DNA of 64,000 bases from Phoronis australis (taxonomy: Eukaryota > Animalia > Phoronida), in the NCBI GenBank assembly GCA_002633005.1, contig NMRA01000117.1, forward strand, positions 1-64,000, given 5' to 3'. Each line of letters begins with the position of its first letter. Positions within the stretch are counted from its first letter, which is position 1. The translations under genes and the position numbers were made by a program. The notes below the pieces were generated by a model. It worked only from the letters and a program-made list of their open reading frames with translations, made no database searches and was not told the DNA's origin. Below are positions 26,386 to 40,763 of this stretch, one piece after another.

Positions 26386-27393
26386 ATACTCATGTTGTTT
26401 TTTTTCTTACCAGGAACGGGTTGATATTTTTTTATTTTATTATTAAACTTAAAGTACCAAAACAGATTTGATCACCAGAGAAATTTAATTAGTTTAGCTA
26501 ATTGTGAACCCATCCCTGAACTTTCCAGATTACAGCTACATTAAACATTTCACAGCGAACAAAACTACACGTGTCATTAGTTCAAGTTTAATCTTTATTA
26601 GAACTCAAATCATAAAATATATACAAAGGTACAAATGGTGATAGCCAAACTGAAGATTTGGAATGTGTGGACGATTTCGGTTGCACTAAATACATACTTA
26701 TTCTAGCTTTTTGTCAGCCATAAAAATATAGTTAAATACACCTGTTTCCTAGTCAAAAATCTGATTAAACACCATTGAATGAATATTAAAGGAATAATCC
26801 ATGTCATTTATTGTTAACTCTGATCAGCGTTTGTAAATCCTCTAATTGTATCAATGCGCTTGGTCGTTTATCTTCAGTCATACCCAATGTTTGTAGTTTT
26901 TAGCTTTTAAGCTCATCGATTTTTGAAAATCCAAAACCTTACTTGGTTGTTTTTTCCAGCTGAATACCGCTGGGGTATTCGTTTTTAACAAAGTTAACAT
27001 TATTTATTAATGCATTTTGAAAATTCGCCATTAAGTACAGGCAGTGATGATTACGACAGTTTATGGTCGGGTAGATACACTTAATTGGGTTTTGCTCGCG
27101 CAGGACAATGCGGTCAACACAACCATATCCAACACGGGCGCCAAACTCTCTTTGATCCTGGTGAAAGCCGCTCCGAAGGAAGGGCAGGGCGGTGATTGTA
27201 AGTGTATTATTCATTGTATGGCAAGAACGTTGGTCTATATTTATGGATCACATTACGTCCGAATTTGATTCCTGTTGTTTGCTTACAACCGTCACGACAA
27301 CCTCATTTCTAGTATTACAAATTCTCTTATCTCAGGAACATAGAGCTGAGAGCCATCGTTGCCGTGGATACAGATTTCTCTTCCCCATAATTA

Positions 27394-29760
27394 CCGTAAA
27401 CGTTCGGATTAACGCCCATGCTCAGTTAACCGCCCACTCCATACTTTAGATGGATTTTCGATTTAACTGCCCACGCTCGGTTAACCTCCCCTCTGCGATT
27501 TTTGAAGATTTCCAGTTAAACGCCCACCTCTCGGTTAAGCGCCCATCCCCGACTTTTAACATTGAACATTTAGCGCCCAGTGTTAGGAAACGCGCGATTC
27601 TCGACTTTTAGATCGGATTATCACAACGAGTGCAACGACGCTGTGCCTCGGGACGACGGCTGGGTAATTTGAATTACAATACAATTAACGAGTTATTGTC
27701 CCGTGTCATGGACTTATTTCAAAATATAATATTTGAACGTTTTTGTCATTTTATTTTCTTCCCATGTTTGTAAAGTTTAAGAACCCTGCCGGTGCCAATA
27801 TCTCCGCTTTCAGCGACGCTGTCTACCGCGCTGAGTTTCCGTCTGCAGTGCACTAGATAAAACATGTATTCGAAATAATCGGGCCAGAGAAATGTGACAA
27901 TCATGGTCTTGTCAACCCTCCAAATTCTCTTTAGGTAAGAAGCTCTCGTATTTTGAAGAATTAATTCCCATAACTAATGGAAAGATGTCAAATTCTCCCT
28001 ATTTTGGTGAATGTTATTGCTAGGTTACCGAGGAAATGTGGCGACCAAAGGGACAGTGTGCCTCACTGGGTTACCGATTTGCTGCCTCTCGTTTTCTGAG
28101 TTCAAAGGTTGGCAATACGTTACTGTATGTTTGTGTATCTTGCAGTAATAAAAAACTTCTAGTCAAATTTTGCTTTTCGCTTATTGCATCTCAGTCAAAC
28201 TGGTGTTAGCAGATTTAACGATGACGCTGGCTGTTCTTTACTACGATTTCTTGCGTCAACCCCCGCCTGACTGTGTGAATTATCACTTTCAAATTCGCTT
28301 TTGAGCCATCGACAATAATTTTGTTTCTACATTGGCCAGTTTCAGCCTGAACAAAATTCTTACCATTCGAGCCTGAAATATCTACGACACAGACTGACTG
28401 AAAATTGGTGATAGTTTGTAGGAGGTGCACACAGCTAGCTACGGGCATAGCACACTCGGGCCTAGGGAACATCGAGCCTGAAGACTTGACATCGCAGTTT
28501 TGGGGGACATTGGCACTGTGGAATATCGTAAGGCACTGGGTCCTTCCTTAGAACAACAGCTTAAAAGTACAGCGTCACGCCACTTTCTTTTACTTAGGAG
28601 TGTCGCTGTTCTCTTTTGATGTGTGACTGTAGTGGTGCACGCGCGCAAGTTCCCACACTGAATGCATGTTACCTTGACACCAACACGTGATTGACAGGTT
28701 ACTCATAACGTAGGCCCTACGGGCGTGCTGAAACCCGCCACCGCTATCTTTGGCCATTAAAAACGAGACGCATATTGAAAGAAGCCGTTACATTACTTGA
28801 CGGCCTTTCCAAGATTGCCTGCCGGGACATTGCACGCAAACAGCGGGACCGACCAGTGCCGCAGTTCGATAGTGTAGGTGATATTATAATAGAATATAAT
28901 CTGGACATCTTGCATGTAAAATACATGTGTTTTTCACCACAAAGTTGGGTAAGGTGGTAGTTTAAGAATGAATTGAAACATCGCTGTTTTGTGACGTTTT
29001 ATCACATATTTATGCCATGGTTCGAAATTGATTGCCGACTGTCTCATGTCCGCTTACCCCCCCTCCCCCTTATTCTTACTTCTTTGCCGAGCATGTTTCG
29101 CACAACGGGAAGTGAAAATGTTATTGAATCAGAGTGTCAACTATAAACATCCCAAATACAAAAACACCTGAATTAGTTTTTCAAACTTTATTATTACAAA
29201 ACTGCTCTCTAACTTGTAACTCGACAGCTAGCACGGGACTGTAACCTTGATGTCAGCTGTGACCTCTGCAACACGTGAAGCTTGCACGCGCGCACTTTTG
29301 CAGTGTCATCGCTTGCAATCCAAGTGGAGCGCTGAGTGTGGTCACTGGTCGTCTGCGCACTACAGTTCTAAGAAACTAACAAGACCGCAGGATGGCACGG
29401 GTCTATTACTTAGCAATGTTGAAAATTTAATTGTGAATGACTAATCTGACGGCAACATAACCTTTGTTGGGATCATCCGCTGTTATGAAGTTTTATCGTC
29501 ATTTGGCAACGCGACGATAAAGCTCTTTGAAAAGTTCTACGCGTTCCGAGTACGTGTGTGGTGTGGGGACTTAGATCATGAGGTAAGATTAACCACCCAG
29601 GGCAGTTGCCTGTCGTAATAAGCGCCCATGTTCGGTTAACCGCCCACCCTGGATTTATTGAAATTTCACGTTTAAGCGCCCATGTCTGGTTAACCGTTCA
29701 CCCCCGATTTTTTGGGTTTGCCAATTTAACTGCCCAGGGCGTTAACCCGAACGTTTACGG
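27394..29760. mobile_element. Non-autonomous Tc1/mariner (pogo-like) element, 2367 bp
   Basis: TIRs CCGTAAACGTTCGGATTAACGCCC / GGGCGTTAACCCGAACGTTTACGG, TA on both flanks, and subterminal arrays of TTAA(C/G)CGCCCA at both ends. Confidence 0.85.
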
Positions 29761-29869
29761 TAACCTGTGTCAAGCGCCTTACCAAGAACTCGATTGTTGA
29801 CGCTTGCAAAAGCTCCACCTTTCTAGAAATTCAAACCACCCCCCAATGCTGGTTACGGGCCTAAGACAG

Positions 29870-30245
29870 TTGCCACCATGGCAGTTGTCATGGTGCAAGT
29901 TGCTCCACTTTAGTCCCATTTACACCAGATTAGAGGGCAAACTCACTTACACAAAGACTGTCTAGGCATGCTTGCATTAACAATAGGGTATGGTCTCTGG
30001 CCAGAATGTCCCCAGAATGCCAGCTGATCACTGGAATACACACTATTGTGCAAGCCCATTGAAAGATGATCCATTTCTGCCCTGCCACAGTTGTGTTTAG
30101 AGATGTAGTTGACACTAGTGTAACTCGCTCGTACTTATTTAACCGGTGTCAAAAACTGGCCGCCGCGGTTTCGCTAGTTTCGTGTCAATCGTGTTTACAC
30201 ACAGTAGCTGTTTTGTGTTAGCTGCGCCAGTTAGCCGTCTCTGAC
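29870..30245 (-). repeat. Dispersed repeat family; further copies at about 34190-34580 (+), 36350-36725 (+) and 45290-45660 (+)
   Basis: Shared blocks GTGTAAACAC.A.TGACAC, GCGGCCA.TTTTTGAC, AACTACACATCTAAA and CAAGCATG.GCAGACAGTCTT. Confidence 0.7.
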
Positions 30246-30779
30246 GCAAGTGCAATTTATGCCTCAACCAATACCTTAAAAACTGAAAATGTGGGTAATT
30301 TAGTAGCTATTTTATAATTCAGTCACCTGTGACTTGAATAAAGATGTGTAAAGTTGAACTCAAATTCTGTTTATGTTGCAGTCACTGCCTCATTCTGAAG
30401 GTCAGTCAACATGCAGTGTGCAGTTGTGTTTTTGACTACAAAAACTAGTAGCTTGGAAAACAATGAACAAAGCTGCAAATTTTTGTTTGATTTTCATATT
30501 ATTGTGAAGTTAACATAATAAACATATGCTTTCACACTTGGAATGCATTGATTTGTGTGGTGTGGCGTACCAAGAATGCCGAACATACGCTGTGCCTACG
30601 GTGGTCTACATGGCAACAGAACATGCCGAGGGCCGCAAAGGAATATTAGAGATGAACATTAAAATTTGATCACGTTTGACTTTGTAACATGTTAGAGAAC
30701 TGGACTGTGGAAATATCCAGGATTTACTCAAATTACACAATAATATGCTGTCTTACACCACTGTAACAAACACACCACC

Positions 30780-30911
30780 ACCCTGTGCTTAATCTACTCA
30801 GGGACTTAGGTGACATTGTCGGGAAGAAAAGTGATTTTATGCAACCAGCCCCAGTAGGGATCCAAACTGAGAATCTAAGATTCTCAACTAAACCCATCTA
30901 CTGATGAGCTA
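30780..30911 (-). mobile_element. Degenerate tRNA-derived SINE
   Basis: Minus-strand A-box-like TAGCTCATCAGTAG and B-box-like GTTTGGATCCC. Confidence 0.45.
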
Positions 30912-31107
30912 AATTGAACTCAATAAATGAGTGTGTTAAGCTGGTGAAGTCACCAGTCTTGGTTTCATGGAATGTCTGGCTGACGTCAGTGACTGAGAAT
31001 TGCCAATGTGTAATAACATTGTATTATTCTTTATAGCTCTTGTAAAAACTAATAACATCTAATCCATCCAGTAGTAATCCCAAAGTGTTTTTTGTCTGAA
31101 AACGGTG

Positions 31108-31551
31108 CCGGGATTTTGGTGGGTAAGTCCATACAATTAAACGCCCATGGGCCATTTTTTCAGAAAATTATGCCAAATAAATGCCCATGGGTGTTTATTT
31201 GGTGTTACAACTTCTAGTGTCGAGTGTCCGGATAGTGGGAAGTTTATTCGGAAAATTTCCTCTTAAAAGCCCAGTCAGCATCAACTTTTAGCCACAAATT
31301 CAGTTTTGTGGAGCATTTATCCTTTATAAAAATGAACAAAGTGTTTTCAAACTGTGTATTTATTAACTTAAAATTAAAAAGCACAGTTTAATGAAAAAGA
31401 CGCTGATATTTTCAGGAAGCCGAGGCTATGACTTTCCTTCTACGCGCCCCCTTTCCGAATAAACGCCTAGGCATTTATTTGGTGTTACTAAAATGCCTGA
31501 AAATTTTCATTTTCCCAATACACGCCCACGGGCTGATACGGAAAATCCCAG
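31108..31551. mobile_element. Tc1/mariner-type MITE
   Basis: Ends CCGGGATTTT / AAAATCCCAG-TA with internal AATAAACGCCCA-type repeats in both orientations. Confidence 0.6.
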
Positions 31552-32380
31552 TAATGTCCCTTCAGAGTTATGTAGGACCCCAGAAAAATTTTTAATTTGT
31601 CTGACTTCAGAATATCATATTTCAGAAACGGGTGATGGCATTCATATTAAAACCTTTGGATACTATGCTTTATGCACTGTATCTCCAAACACTGTTACAC
31701 AAAGGGCTATCGAAAAACAAAACTTGTATGATTTTCATAAAAAACTAGTAGATACATAACATGAAAACAAAGTGATACTTTAGAAAACTACCATAACGAA
31801 ATTTGGTCATGCTATGTATACAGTTGTTTTGCTACCAGTGTACCTTTCCTTTTTGCTTTAAGTTTTGCTAAAATAACTTTGCCAGGTGAGCTAATTACTG
31901 GCATAAAAAGTCAGAAATCAAATTCCACTGGTTTTCTACTTTCATAGAATATAAATTGTTTTAGTTAAAATCCATACTTTTGTTCATATTTTGGTAAATG
32001 CAAACTTGTCATTCATATCTGTAGCAACATTATTTCAGAAGTACTAACACATCTGCAGCCTCTGTACGACCCACGATGCAACTCCATACAAGCCCAGTGG
32101 GAAATCCCTTTTAAGATCTGAAGATTGTTACGATAGTACGGTGTTCACAATTTCGATAGTATTCACAAATTTGACTTTTGTTTTTCAGTGACAGTGTATT
32201 TGGTGTCATGTTTGATTAAAATGGGGATTGGGTGATTGATTGGTTTTGTTTTTCACTCGGTGTTGTTTTTGTGTATTATTTCCAAATCATTGTTTTCTCT
32301 TAGTTACCTGGTGATTGAGAGGTAAGCCTAGTATGCCCAACCGCCTAATCTTTTGAGATAAACAAAAATTAGGACAGCAT

Positions 32381-32870
32381 CAGGCCTTTATCCAGGATTT
32401 TGAAAATAAGGTGTCCGAAATGGGGTTCCCAATATTCCAGGGTGTCCATGATTCCGATGTGTAACCCCCCACTCCCAGCAATACCCCCAAACACACAGAT
32501 TTTTTTACAAAAAATGCATAGATCAAGGTTTTTACATCTAAGTTTATAAAACAGCCTTCTATGGTGAGCATTTTACTAAAAAAAAATGTGTAGACCAAGA
32601 CTTTACAATGTTGTCAATCAAGTGTCAAAATAGCAACAATACATATACTTTGTATACTTTGTATATGCATTGTATATTTCTTCCTGCTTTGAAAAAAGAG
32701 CCCCCACTGTGAGCCTTCAGAGGCTTCCTAGTATTCATTACAATCTGTGAGTCCAAACTTGAAAGTTTCCTATTGATAGTGGGCGTCCAAATGATACATT
32801 GGGTGTCCTTGCCAGGGCGTCTAGATTAGTGCTAGGGCGTCCAAATGGACGTTTGCTGCGTAAAGGCCTG
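32381..32870. mobile_element. Non-autonomous hAT element with 8-bp TSD
   Basis: TIRs CAGGCCTTTATCCAG / CTGCGTAAAGGCCTG with perfect 8-bp TSD GACAGCAT (32373-32380, 32871-32878). Confidence 0.9.
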
Positions 32871-34221
32871 GACAGCATTCTACAGGACCACATGTTGGAT
32901 GGAAAATACTTGTCTCCAACAGCACAGGTGGCGCTGGTTCGAGATTGGTTAAACATGTTTTATTGGATGTATCTTGCTAAAACAACTACAATAATGAATT
33001 AATAGACAAGTATAACTTGTAGCATTCATTTAATGTGATATTGTCATCCAATCAACCTTCGCCATCTCGCTTCTTAAATGACAATCAGTTTCCAAAGTAT
33101 TTTACTCTCGATTGTTTTAAGAGATATATTCTTCATGTTTGCTACATTTAATTGGCTCGAGCATAGATTGGTTTCGATCAATTCAATTTCTCAAATATTT
33201 TGCCATTGCCAAGGACCGGCAGAGTTGAAAAAAATATGATCTGACTTTAAAAATAACACTAAAATACCAGTATTTACTGGTAAATGGATATACTGTCACA
33301 GAATCTGTTGAGTTCAAATCAACAATTCTTGAATTTCTGAGAAAGTGCCCTTATTGCTATTTTTTAATGCCATTTGATATTAATTTGTTGCAGCTGCTCG
33401 ACATTTTATCTAATGTTAAATTCTTTATCAGGTCTTGCACATAAGTACCTGATCCGCACAAGCCATGCTTATAAAGATATTTCTTAAAAGTTTTTGTTGA
33501 GTAGTTTGCCAAATGTATCCACACCTTCCTGTCTTCTTCCTTGTCTTTTACCATATTTTTCTCGAAAACCAAATTGATATAAATCAATTTCTTTCCTTTT
33601 AATTTACTTAAACTGTAAAGGGTTGTTATTTCAGCTTAGTATATTTCAACTTGATTAGAACATTATCTCTTAATAATTTAGTAATCTTCTTCAAACTGGC
33701 AGCTCTGCTGATTAATTGTTTCTTGGTAAATGATTTGCAATCATGTTCAGTTGGCATTACAAGGATCCAATCATCCAGGCTCAATAAAAGGGTGACATTA
33801 TGCCTAGATAAGAAGGTGCTAATCTTCTTTTTGCTAGTACAAGTGTTTGAAGAGTGTGTTTTCAAAATAAATATGTTTATATCTTTCAGATATAAAATTC
33901 AGTCAACATTTCAAGCCAAAATGTCCCCCATGTTCATGATGTCATAGCTCAACTACTCTTTGGTGATAATAATTTACTGAAAACAAATATTAAAACGATC
34001 TTGTCACATCCAAAAAACTATTAAAAGAGCTTTCAATTGACTTGACAGCATTATGGACAATCGTTCATATGGCACTAGTCACTGAAAGGGGCCCAGATTT
34101 TGAAAACCAGTTTCGTGCCCGTTTAATTCTGCGGGACTGATGTTGGAGGCAGTGGCTGCTCATAGCCTCGACATTTATATGGGAGACAGTTATCTGGGAG
34201 CAACTAACAGATGATAGGGCG

Positions 34222-34223
<2 letters not shown>

Positions 34224-34256
<33 letters not shown>
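34224..34256. repeat. (TG)n microsatellite within a dispersed repeat
   Basis: Perfect TG run. Confidence 0.95.
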
Positions 34257-34259
<3 letters not shown>

Positions 34260-37200
34260 CATAACTGACACAGAGCAAGTTGACACTGTGGCAGCCATTT
34301 TTGACAATGGTTTGAGTGGTTGAACAAGTTGCACTTGATCAGTTGGTTCAATGTCAAGTACACATCTAAACACAACCTGGGGCAAGCGGAAGGGATCATC
34401 TCTGTTACGCTATGGCAAGAGCATGTACACGGGTGATCCTCTGTATTCCACGTGCCATTGTTTGTCCAAGCATGTGCAGACAGTCTTTCTGTAAATAACT
34501 CGGTGCTGATATACCGTAGTTTGTGATCTTATGTCATGTAAGTGCAACTAAGGTGGAACAAGTCTCACTGTGACAACATGTACTTGTATCCCAGTGTTGG
34601 TGAATGAACTCTTTTGAACACAACTCACATGACCTTCATCCAGGTCATCCCTTTCACCTTCTGCTTACAAAAGCATGAGACAACTTGTATGTCTGGATGA
34701 ATTAACTAGCCAATGGAGATTTTTCATATGTTATTAACACAGTTGAAGAGGTGTGTATTTACTAAGATTAATAACTGGGCTTTGCCTTGATATTTCGATA
34801 GTGCAAAACTGACTGGACAACTTAGGGGAGGCAAGAAATTCCGTTATGACGTGACGGGAACTGATTTTGCCTACACAACACGTTCAGTGATGTTTTTATG
34901 TTAAGAATCCAACAAATGCACGGATAAATTTATACAGAATAGTTATACTGCCAAAATAATAATTAGTAGAAGGAAATATTAACAAACAGTAACCAGTCAA
35001 CGCCCGCTGTTGGCAAACGCAGGCAGTGACCCCTGCCGATAACTCCTATGGCATCGAAGTTAAGTGTTCCCATTGTAGCGAACCATCAATGCTTCACTGT
35101 TAAATTCACATCTTTACTTTGGAATTAACTTGGGCTGTTGACTTGGTTCATGACCGAAGTTAAGTGTTCCCATTGACCCAAGCTTTGGAAGCAGTAGGAA
35201 ATTCCTTTTAATCAGTTTGTTGCAGTGAGTAAATGTTCTTTATATCAATATTTTTTTATTAAAAAGTGATTCAGTTTGTCAGGAAACTAGTTGCGACCTA
35301 AAGTTATCATTGTGCGGGCAGTACATCATTCTTGTTAAAACATTAATGTTGCCACTGAGAAACTCCAAGTGGTTTTCACCACTCATATGAACCAAATATC
35401 AGTTGTCTTCTTGGCAGCTTGTATTGACAACTGTAACAGTTCATGCAAGTCTGCCTGGCTGTTGGTGATCACTCATCTTGGTTATTGGGTATCTTTAATT
35501 GGCATAGAAAGAATGTTACATAATGGTTACAAGCAGTTGTGGTGCCATGGAGGTAATTTATTGTACAGATGTTGATTCTGAAGTTGCCTGTTGTTGATTG
35601 AACCACACACAGAGCCTCAGAGAAGGTGTTCACCTAAGGATGTGGTACTACCAGCTGAAGAACAGTTAGAGTTACCTTGGTGGAGGTGAGGTCTTGTCCA
35701 CTTACACAACAGTTACATGACATCTGATGAGAAGGCAGATCAAGCGTCTGGTTAATCATCTCACAAAGTTGTGATGCTTTTGTGAACACATTTTAAACGG
35801 CTAACCTGCCTATGTGTCTTTTTATGAAAATTACTGGTCTGAAGCAAAATATGAACGCTTCCCTGGTTGACTACTGGAACTTTAAAGTATGACTTGGTAA
35901 AATAATAAAATGTATCAGTTTCTTATTTTGTTCTTGGAGATATCTTTTTCATGTTCTTTCATTTATTGGTTTGGGAAGGTTCCTTGACATTTCATCTCAG
36001 TGATAACAAATACCAACAATTACAAAAATTGATTCATTTTTGTTTGCTTCATTAGGGATATGCACCATGTAAACTGGAAAGCTTTTTTTTCGTTCAGTGT
36101 GCAAAAACCAAGTTATGTTTAAACAGTATTGATCTCATCATACAAATGTTAATTTCAATCAATAACTTGGGATATAAACTTACATATTTCTTTTGGAACC
36201 ACATGTCAACAATTGTCATCTGCTCATTTCTAGACATAACTGCTTTGATTGACAAGTAATTAATATTGAATCTGTTATTATATAGTAAGGAATTTGTCCT
36301 CTAATTAGGTAATTAAAGTGGCATTAAACCATATTTTGTTCCTTACTTACATGAGAGACAGCCAACACGGCGCAGCTAGCATGGAACAGTTGATCGGGTG
36401 CTAGTGTGTGTGTAAACACGACTGACACCGCGGCGGCCATGTTTGTTAGGTAAAGCGAGTTGCACTCGATCATTTGCTCCAGTTTCAACTACACATCTAA
36501 AGTAATACTGAGGTAGGGCGGAAAGTGATCGTCTTTCAATGTGTTTGCGCAATAGCCTATATAAGGGTGATCCACTGGCATTCCACGTGGTTTGGACATT
36601 CGGACATTCGCTGTTGGTTATGCAAGCATGCGCAGACAGTCTTCATGTAAGTGACTGGTGCTGATCTAGTTTGTGATGTAATGTCGTGGAACAAATCACG
36701 CCATGACAACTGACACGGTGACAACTGTCTCTCGTGTAAAATTGAATCTAGTTTGAAGTAATCTCTGGGCTCTGGAATCCGCACACAAAATTTTCTGACA
36801 TTGATCTGAAGCAATATCAAACTGTGAGTTGTTTTGAACCCCTGAAATTGTCACTAACTTGCCAAAGGAACAATTTGATACCAATTTCATAATGATCGCA
36901 AACATAAGCCAGATTGAGATTTATATATCCATATAATTTCATGTTGGTAAATGACCTAAATCAGAACAGATTTTTTTGACACAAAGGTCGAGTGTAATGC
37001 CGCTTTAAATAGTACGATAACTGCTTTCTTGACATGATGTTATTTTGTCATACCACTCTAGAGTACCAGTGTTCCAGGATGTCCTGATCACACTGACCAA
37101 TTTTAGGTTGCAGAAACAGTTAATTGAGTAAACAAAGTTTGTGAGCATGGCCAGGGCCCCTCACTCACGTTAGGAAATGGTAACCTCCCTCCACAGTCGC

Positions 37201-38733
37201 TAACCCTCATCGGCACTGCATACAGTAGAGAAAGTTTATTATGCTTTTATGCTTTGTATTTGTTAGCCTTGGTGCGAAGCTGTATTTATAAATATACGAC
37301 TTTCCGCTGATATAGGTAAAAAAATGACCAAATAAAATTTGACTAAAAATTAATGTCATTAAAAGCTAAAGTCTTCCTTAAATAAAGTGAATCAGTTACC
37401 AGTGCTGAAAAAATGCTGTCCTGCCATTATTCTGCTGATAAATTTGTGAAGCGGTAAGACACATTGGTTTCATTTCATAAAATAAGTTTTTGGTATTTTA
37501 ATGCCAGCAAGCCGAATTTCCGACCCAACATTGCTTTGGGGAATTAGTCATCATCGTCTGAGAGATGTCGCAAAAAATAACACAGTGCACATGCACGTGT
37601 CTAGCATATTGTATTCAAGTCCATGAGAGACTTTTCTTTGTCACAAAAGCTGGAGAATTATGCAAGAAAATGTGTGTTAGTTTTTCCATTTAAGTGGCTG
37701 TAACAGCAAGGTGAGAGTGAGTTGACTGACACATTTTACATGCACCGTACAGTCTGCATGTTGACAAGGTGACGAGCAGAACTACCTGGGTGGGGTGTAA
37801 TTTCGAGGTCTATGTTAACTCACAGTGGTTCCTACTCCTAGGTGTGTATTTTGACATTAGTCTTCATACAGCTAATTGGGTACCTACGTGCTTTTAGTTC
37901 TTGTACTAATACACTGCTATAGTAGATCATTCCAGCATTGTTTTTACTTGGAGTTGGACTTTGGACTAGCCTAACTAGGAGGGATGTCAGGTAGTGAACC
38001 CAAGACTCCCAACGATTTTTTCTTTGCTCAATGTTTGTGATTACAGTTGCAATGTTGCCATCATTTAATCCAGGTTCAGTTCTCTACATTGAGACTGTAA
38101 TTATTGTCTCGAACACAGACTCAGGGTTTTGAGACTCTTTAGGCATGACTGCAATTGAGGATTTCCAAACATTGAGAAAGTATTCTGAAGCAAGGGTCTA
38201 TGTGAGTTTAACTGATTTTAACTTTGAGAGGAATTTTTTAGTCATTGGGGGAATTTTTTGGGCCTAAAATGGGAAATTTTGCTCTATTTTTAAATATTTT
38301 TATAAGGTAATGGCGCTGATGTATTTTCCCAGAATCGAGGAATTAAGGGCCCTGATGACGATACAGAAGGAGAATTATGCCTATCTATATTGACAAAAGA
38401 ATCAGAGGTCACGTGATAAAACCAAGAAATTTTCAACGAAAGTTTGCAATCTATTTCTTCTGGGCGAAAATCAACGAAATTGCAAAGCAAAATCCTTCTG
38501 CTAATTTTCAAATAATTTGAGGTGGATTTCACAGCCTTTTGGCTGTCTGTGGTTAGTTCTTACACTTTGGGCTTAAAAGCATTTATTTACCATTCATATG
38601 ATCCTGAATTGTTGGGTAATGAGCCAGCAACTCATAGGCAATGTGTACATTCTCAATTTTTAGGGTTTTTTAGTCACTGTTGGTGTCTATATTCATGTTG
38701 GTAACGTAAATCAACTGGTATCATGGCAAGCAA

Positions 38734-38890
38734 TATTATGAGACCAAATGTTATTATGAGACCAATGTTATTATGAGACCAATGTTATTATGAGACCAAT
38801 GTTATTATGAGACCAATGTTATTATGAGACCAATGTTATTATGAGACCAATGTTATTATGAGACCAATGTTATTATGAGACTAATGTTAT
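38734..38890. repeat. Minisatellite, 17-bp unit x about 9
   Basis: TTATTATGAGACCAATG in tandem. Confidence 0.95.
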
Positions 38891-40763
38891 TTTCTGTAGT
38901 GGCTTTATTCATGTTTCATTTTGTAACAAAACTCTAAAGGATGCAGTTAAAATGTTATTTTTGATCTGCTTTACTTTTGTGTTTTTGCCAAAACGTAGAT
39001 GAAGCTAGACAAGTTTCTACAAAATTCTTCAACTTTTGTAGAACTACTGTAGATCGTTCCTTCGGGCATGTTAAATTTTTGAACCCCAGGTTTTTGAAGC
39101 AATGTTTCCTATGGCCTCGAGCAGCGTTGCTGTCCCTCGGTCCAAGTTAACCTACCATTTTCATCGAGATTGGTCTGTATTTGTATTATGTTATTCGTTG
39201 TAGTTTCTTCGTTTTTGAATACTGTCAAATCATCTGTTCAGAAAAGTGATATATTATTTTCAGTCAATAGTATTGACTGCCTTAAGTGCTGTGTAACCAT
39301 AACTTGGATCAAAGTCAATAGTGCAAATTAACTTCGCTGTAAACAGGTGGTTTTAACAGCAGAACGTTGACGTTTTGATGCAATATAAAGGGCTTGGTGT
39401 TATTGAAACAATCATCAGGTGTCGGTGGTAATAACTCACGTGTAGTGGTATTAAGTATCAGTCCACGGATCCACCGACCACAGTACAGCCAACAAGCGGC
39501 AAGGTGGGGGGTCAACCATTCAGATCCATGTTTAGTCTGATAAATCACATTAGGGATGAGAGAAAATGAGTGAAGTATGACACTACAAAGTTTGGTGGTT
39601 TAGGAGATACAAGGGAAGTGTTCTGGGGGGCAAAATGAGGCAATTTCTTGGTGTGGAATGAGTCATTTTNTTTGATGCAATATAAAGGGCTTGGTGTTAT
39701 TGAAACAATCATCAGGTGTCGGTGGTAATAACTCACGTGTAGTGGTATTAATTGATGATATTTTCAAGTCTTCATCATCATCATACTGTGTTGAGAAATT
39801 CATTTCATTTATTATCCAACCATGTATATAAGATACTTCAAATTTGAAAAATACTCCTGCATAATGTTGATAGACCACAATCTTGTGATAACTTTCATCA
39901 ATCACACATCAAACTGCAGTAACTTGAAGCCTTTCTGAAAATTTCAACTAACTTCTCTCCTATAGTCTGTATGGAGAGGCTTTTAAACATGTGCTAAATG
40001 ACAGATATGAACAAAGTTCAGCTTACACCAAAATCAACTGAAGTCTTAATTTCATGGGACTCAACCTTACTAACTGGTGGGTGATTGGTGTATTCCGAAC
40101 CCATGTAATTTCTTATTTTCTTATTTTACACAAATCGTATTTTCTTCCATTTTTGTTATGTCCAACTCCGGGGAACTGTTGCATACCCCAGTCAACTTGA
40201 TCATAAATGGTTTGCTACAGTGGGTTTCCACTTAGAATGGTGACTTGGAGATAATCTCGACAGGTAGATGAGATATCAAGTTGATTTAATGCTTAGTTTA
40301 TAGCGCTGTTTAAGTAAAATCAGGGTTGGAGGTCGAATGAAAAAGTCTTCTCTCCCATAAAGATTAGTACATTTATGGAAAGAAGTCTGTGTATTCAGAT
40401 TTAAAAGAGACCTTGTTAGCAAGCTCAGGCTTAGCCTGCATGGGTTTGGGTTATATGAGACAATAGATACGGTATATTTTGTTGATGTACATCTGAGACA
40501 ACCAAGGTCACTTGATGTACAATCGCAGGTCTGTACTTTTACCATAATACATGCTGGTAGGGTGCTGGTATGTGACAAGTGTTGTTTTAAAGCTGTGTAC
40601 ATTCTTAGTGACTCATTTTTTGTTGGTTGGAAAACACTTGTCTTATCCTATACCCTCATTAAGTGTTTTCTGATCGTTGCACTAAATTTGATGCTCAGTT
40701 CTTAAAAAACTTTTTCATCATTTCAGATAGTCGTCCCAGCCGTTGTTTGACTGAGGAGGGAGT

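Noticed and set aside
30901-30911. CTGATGAG as a hammerhead ribozyme core
   Set aside because: No downstream GAAA and stem. It is the reverse complement of a SINE A-box-like sequence.
40140-40610. ORFs at 40276-40602 and 42768-43148 as host genes
   Set aside because: They look like heavily decayed LINE ORF2 debris with stops and no splice structure, too degenerate to classify.
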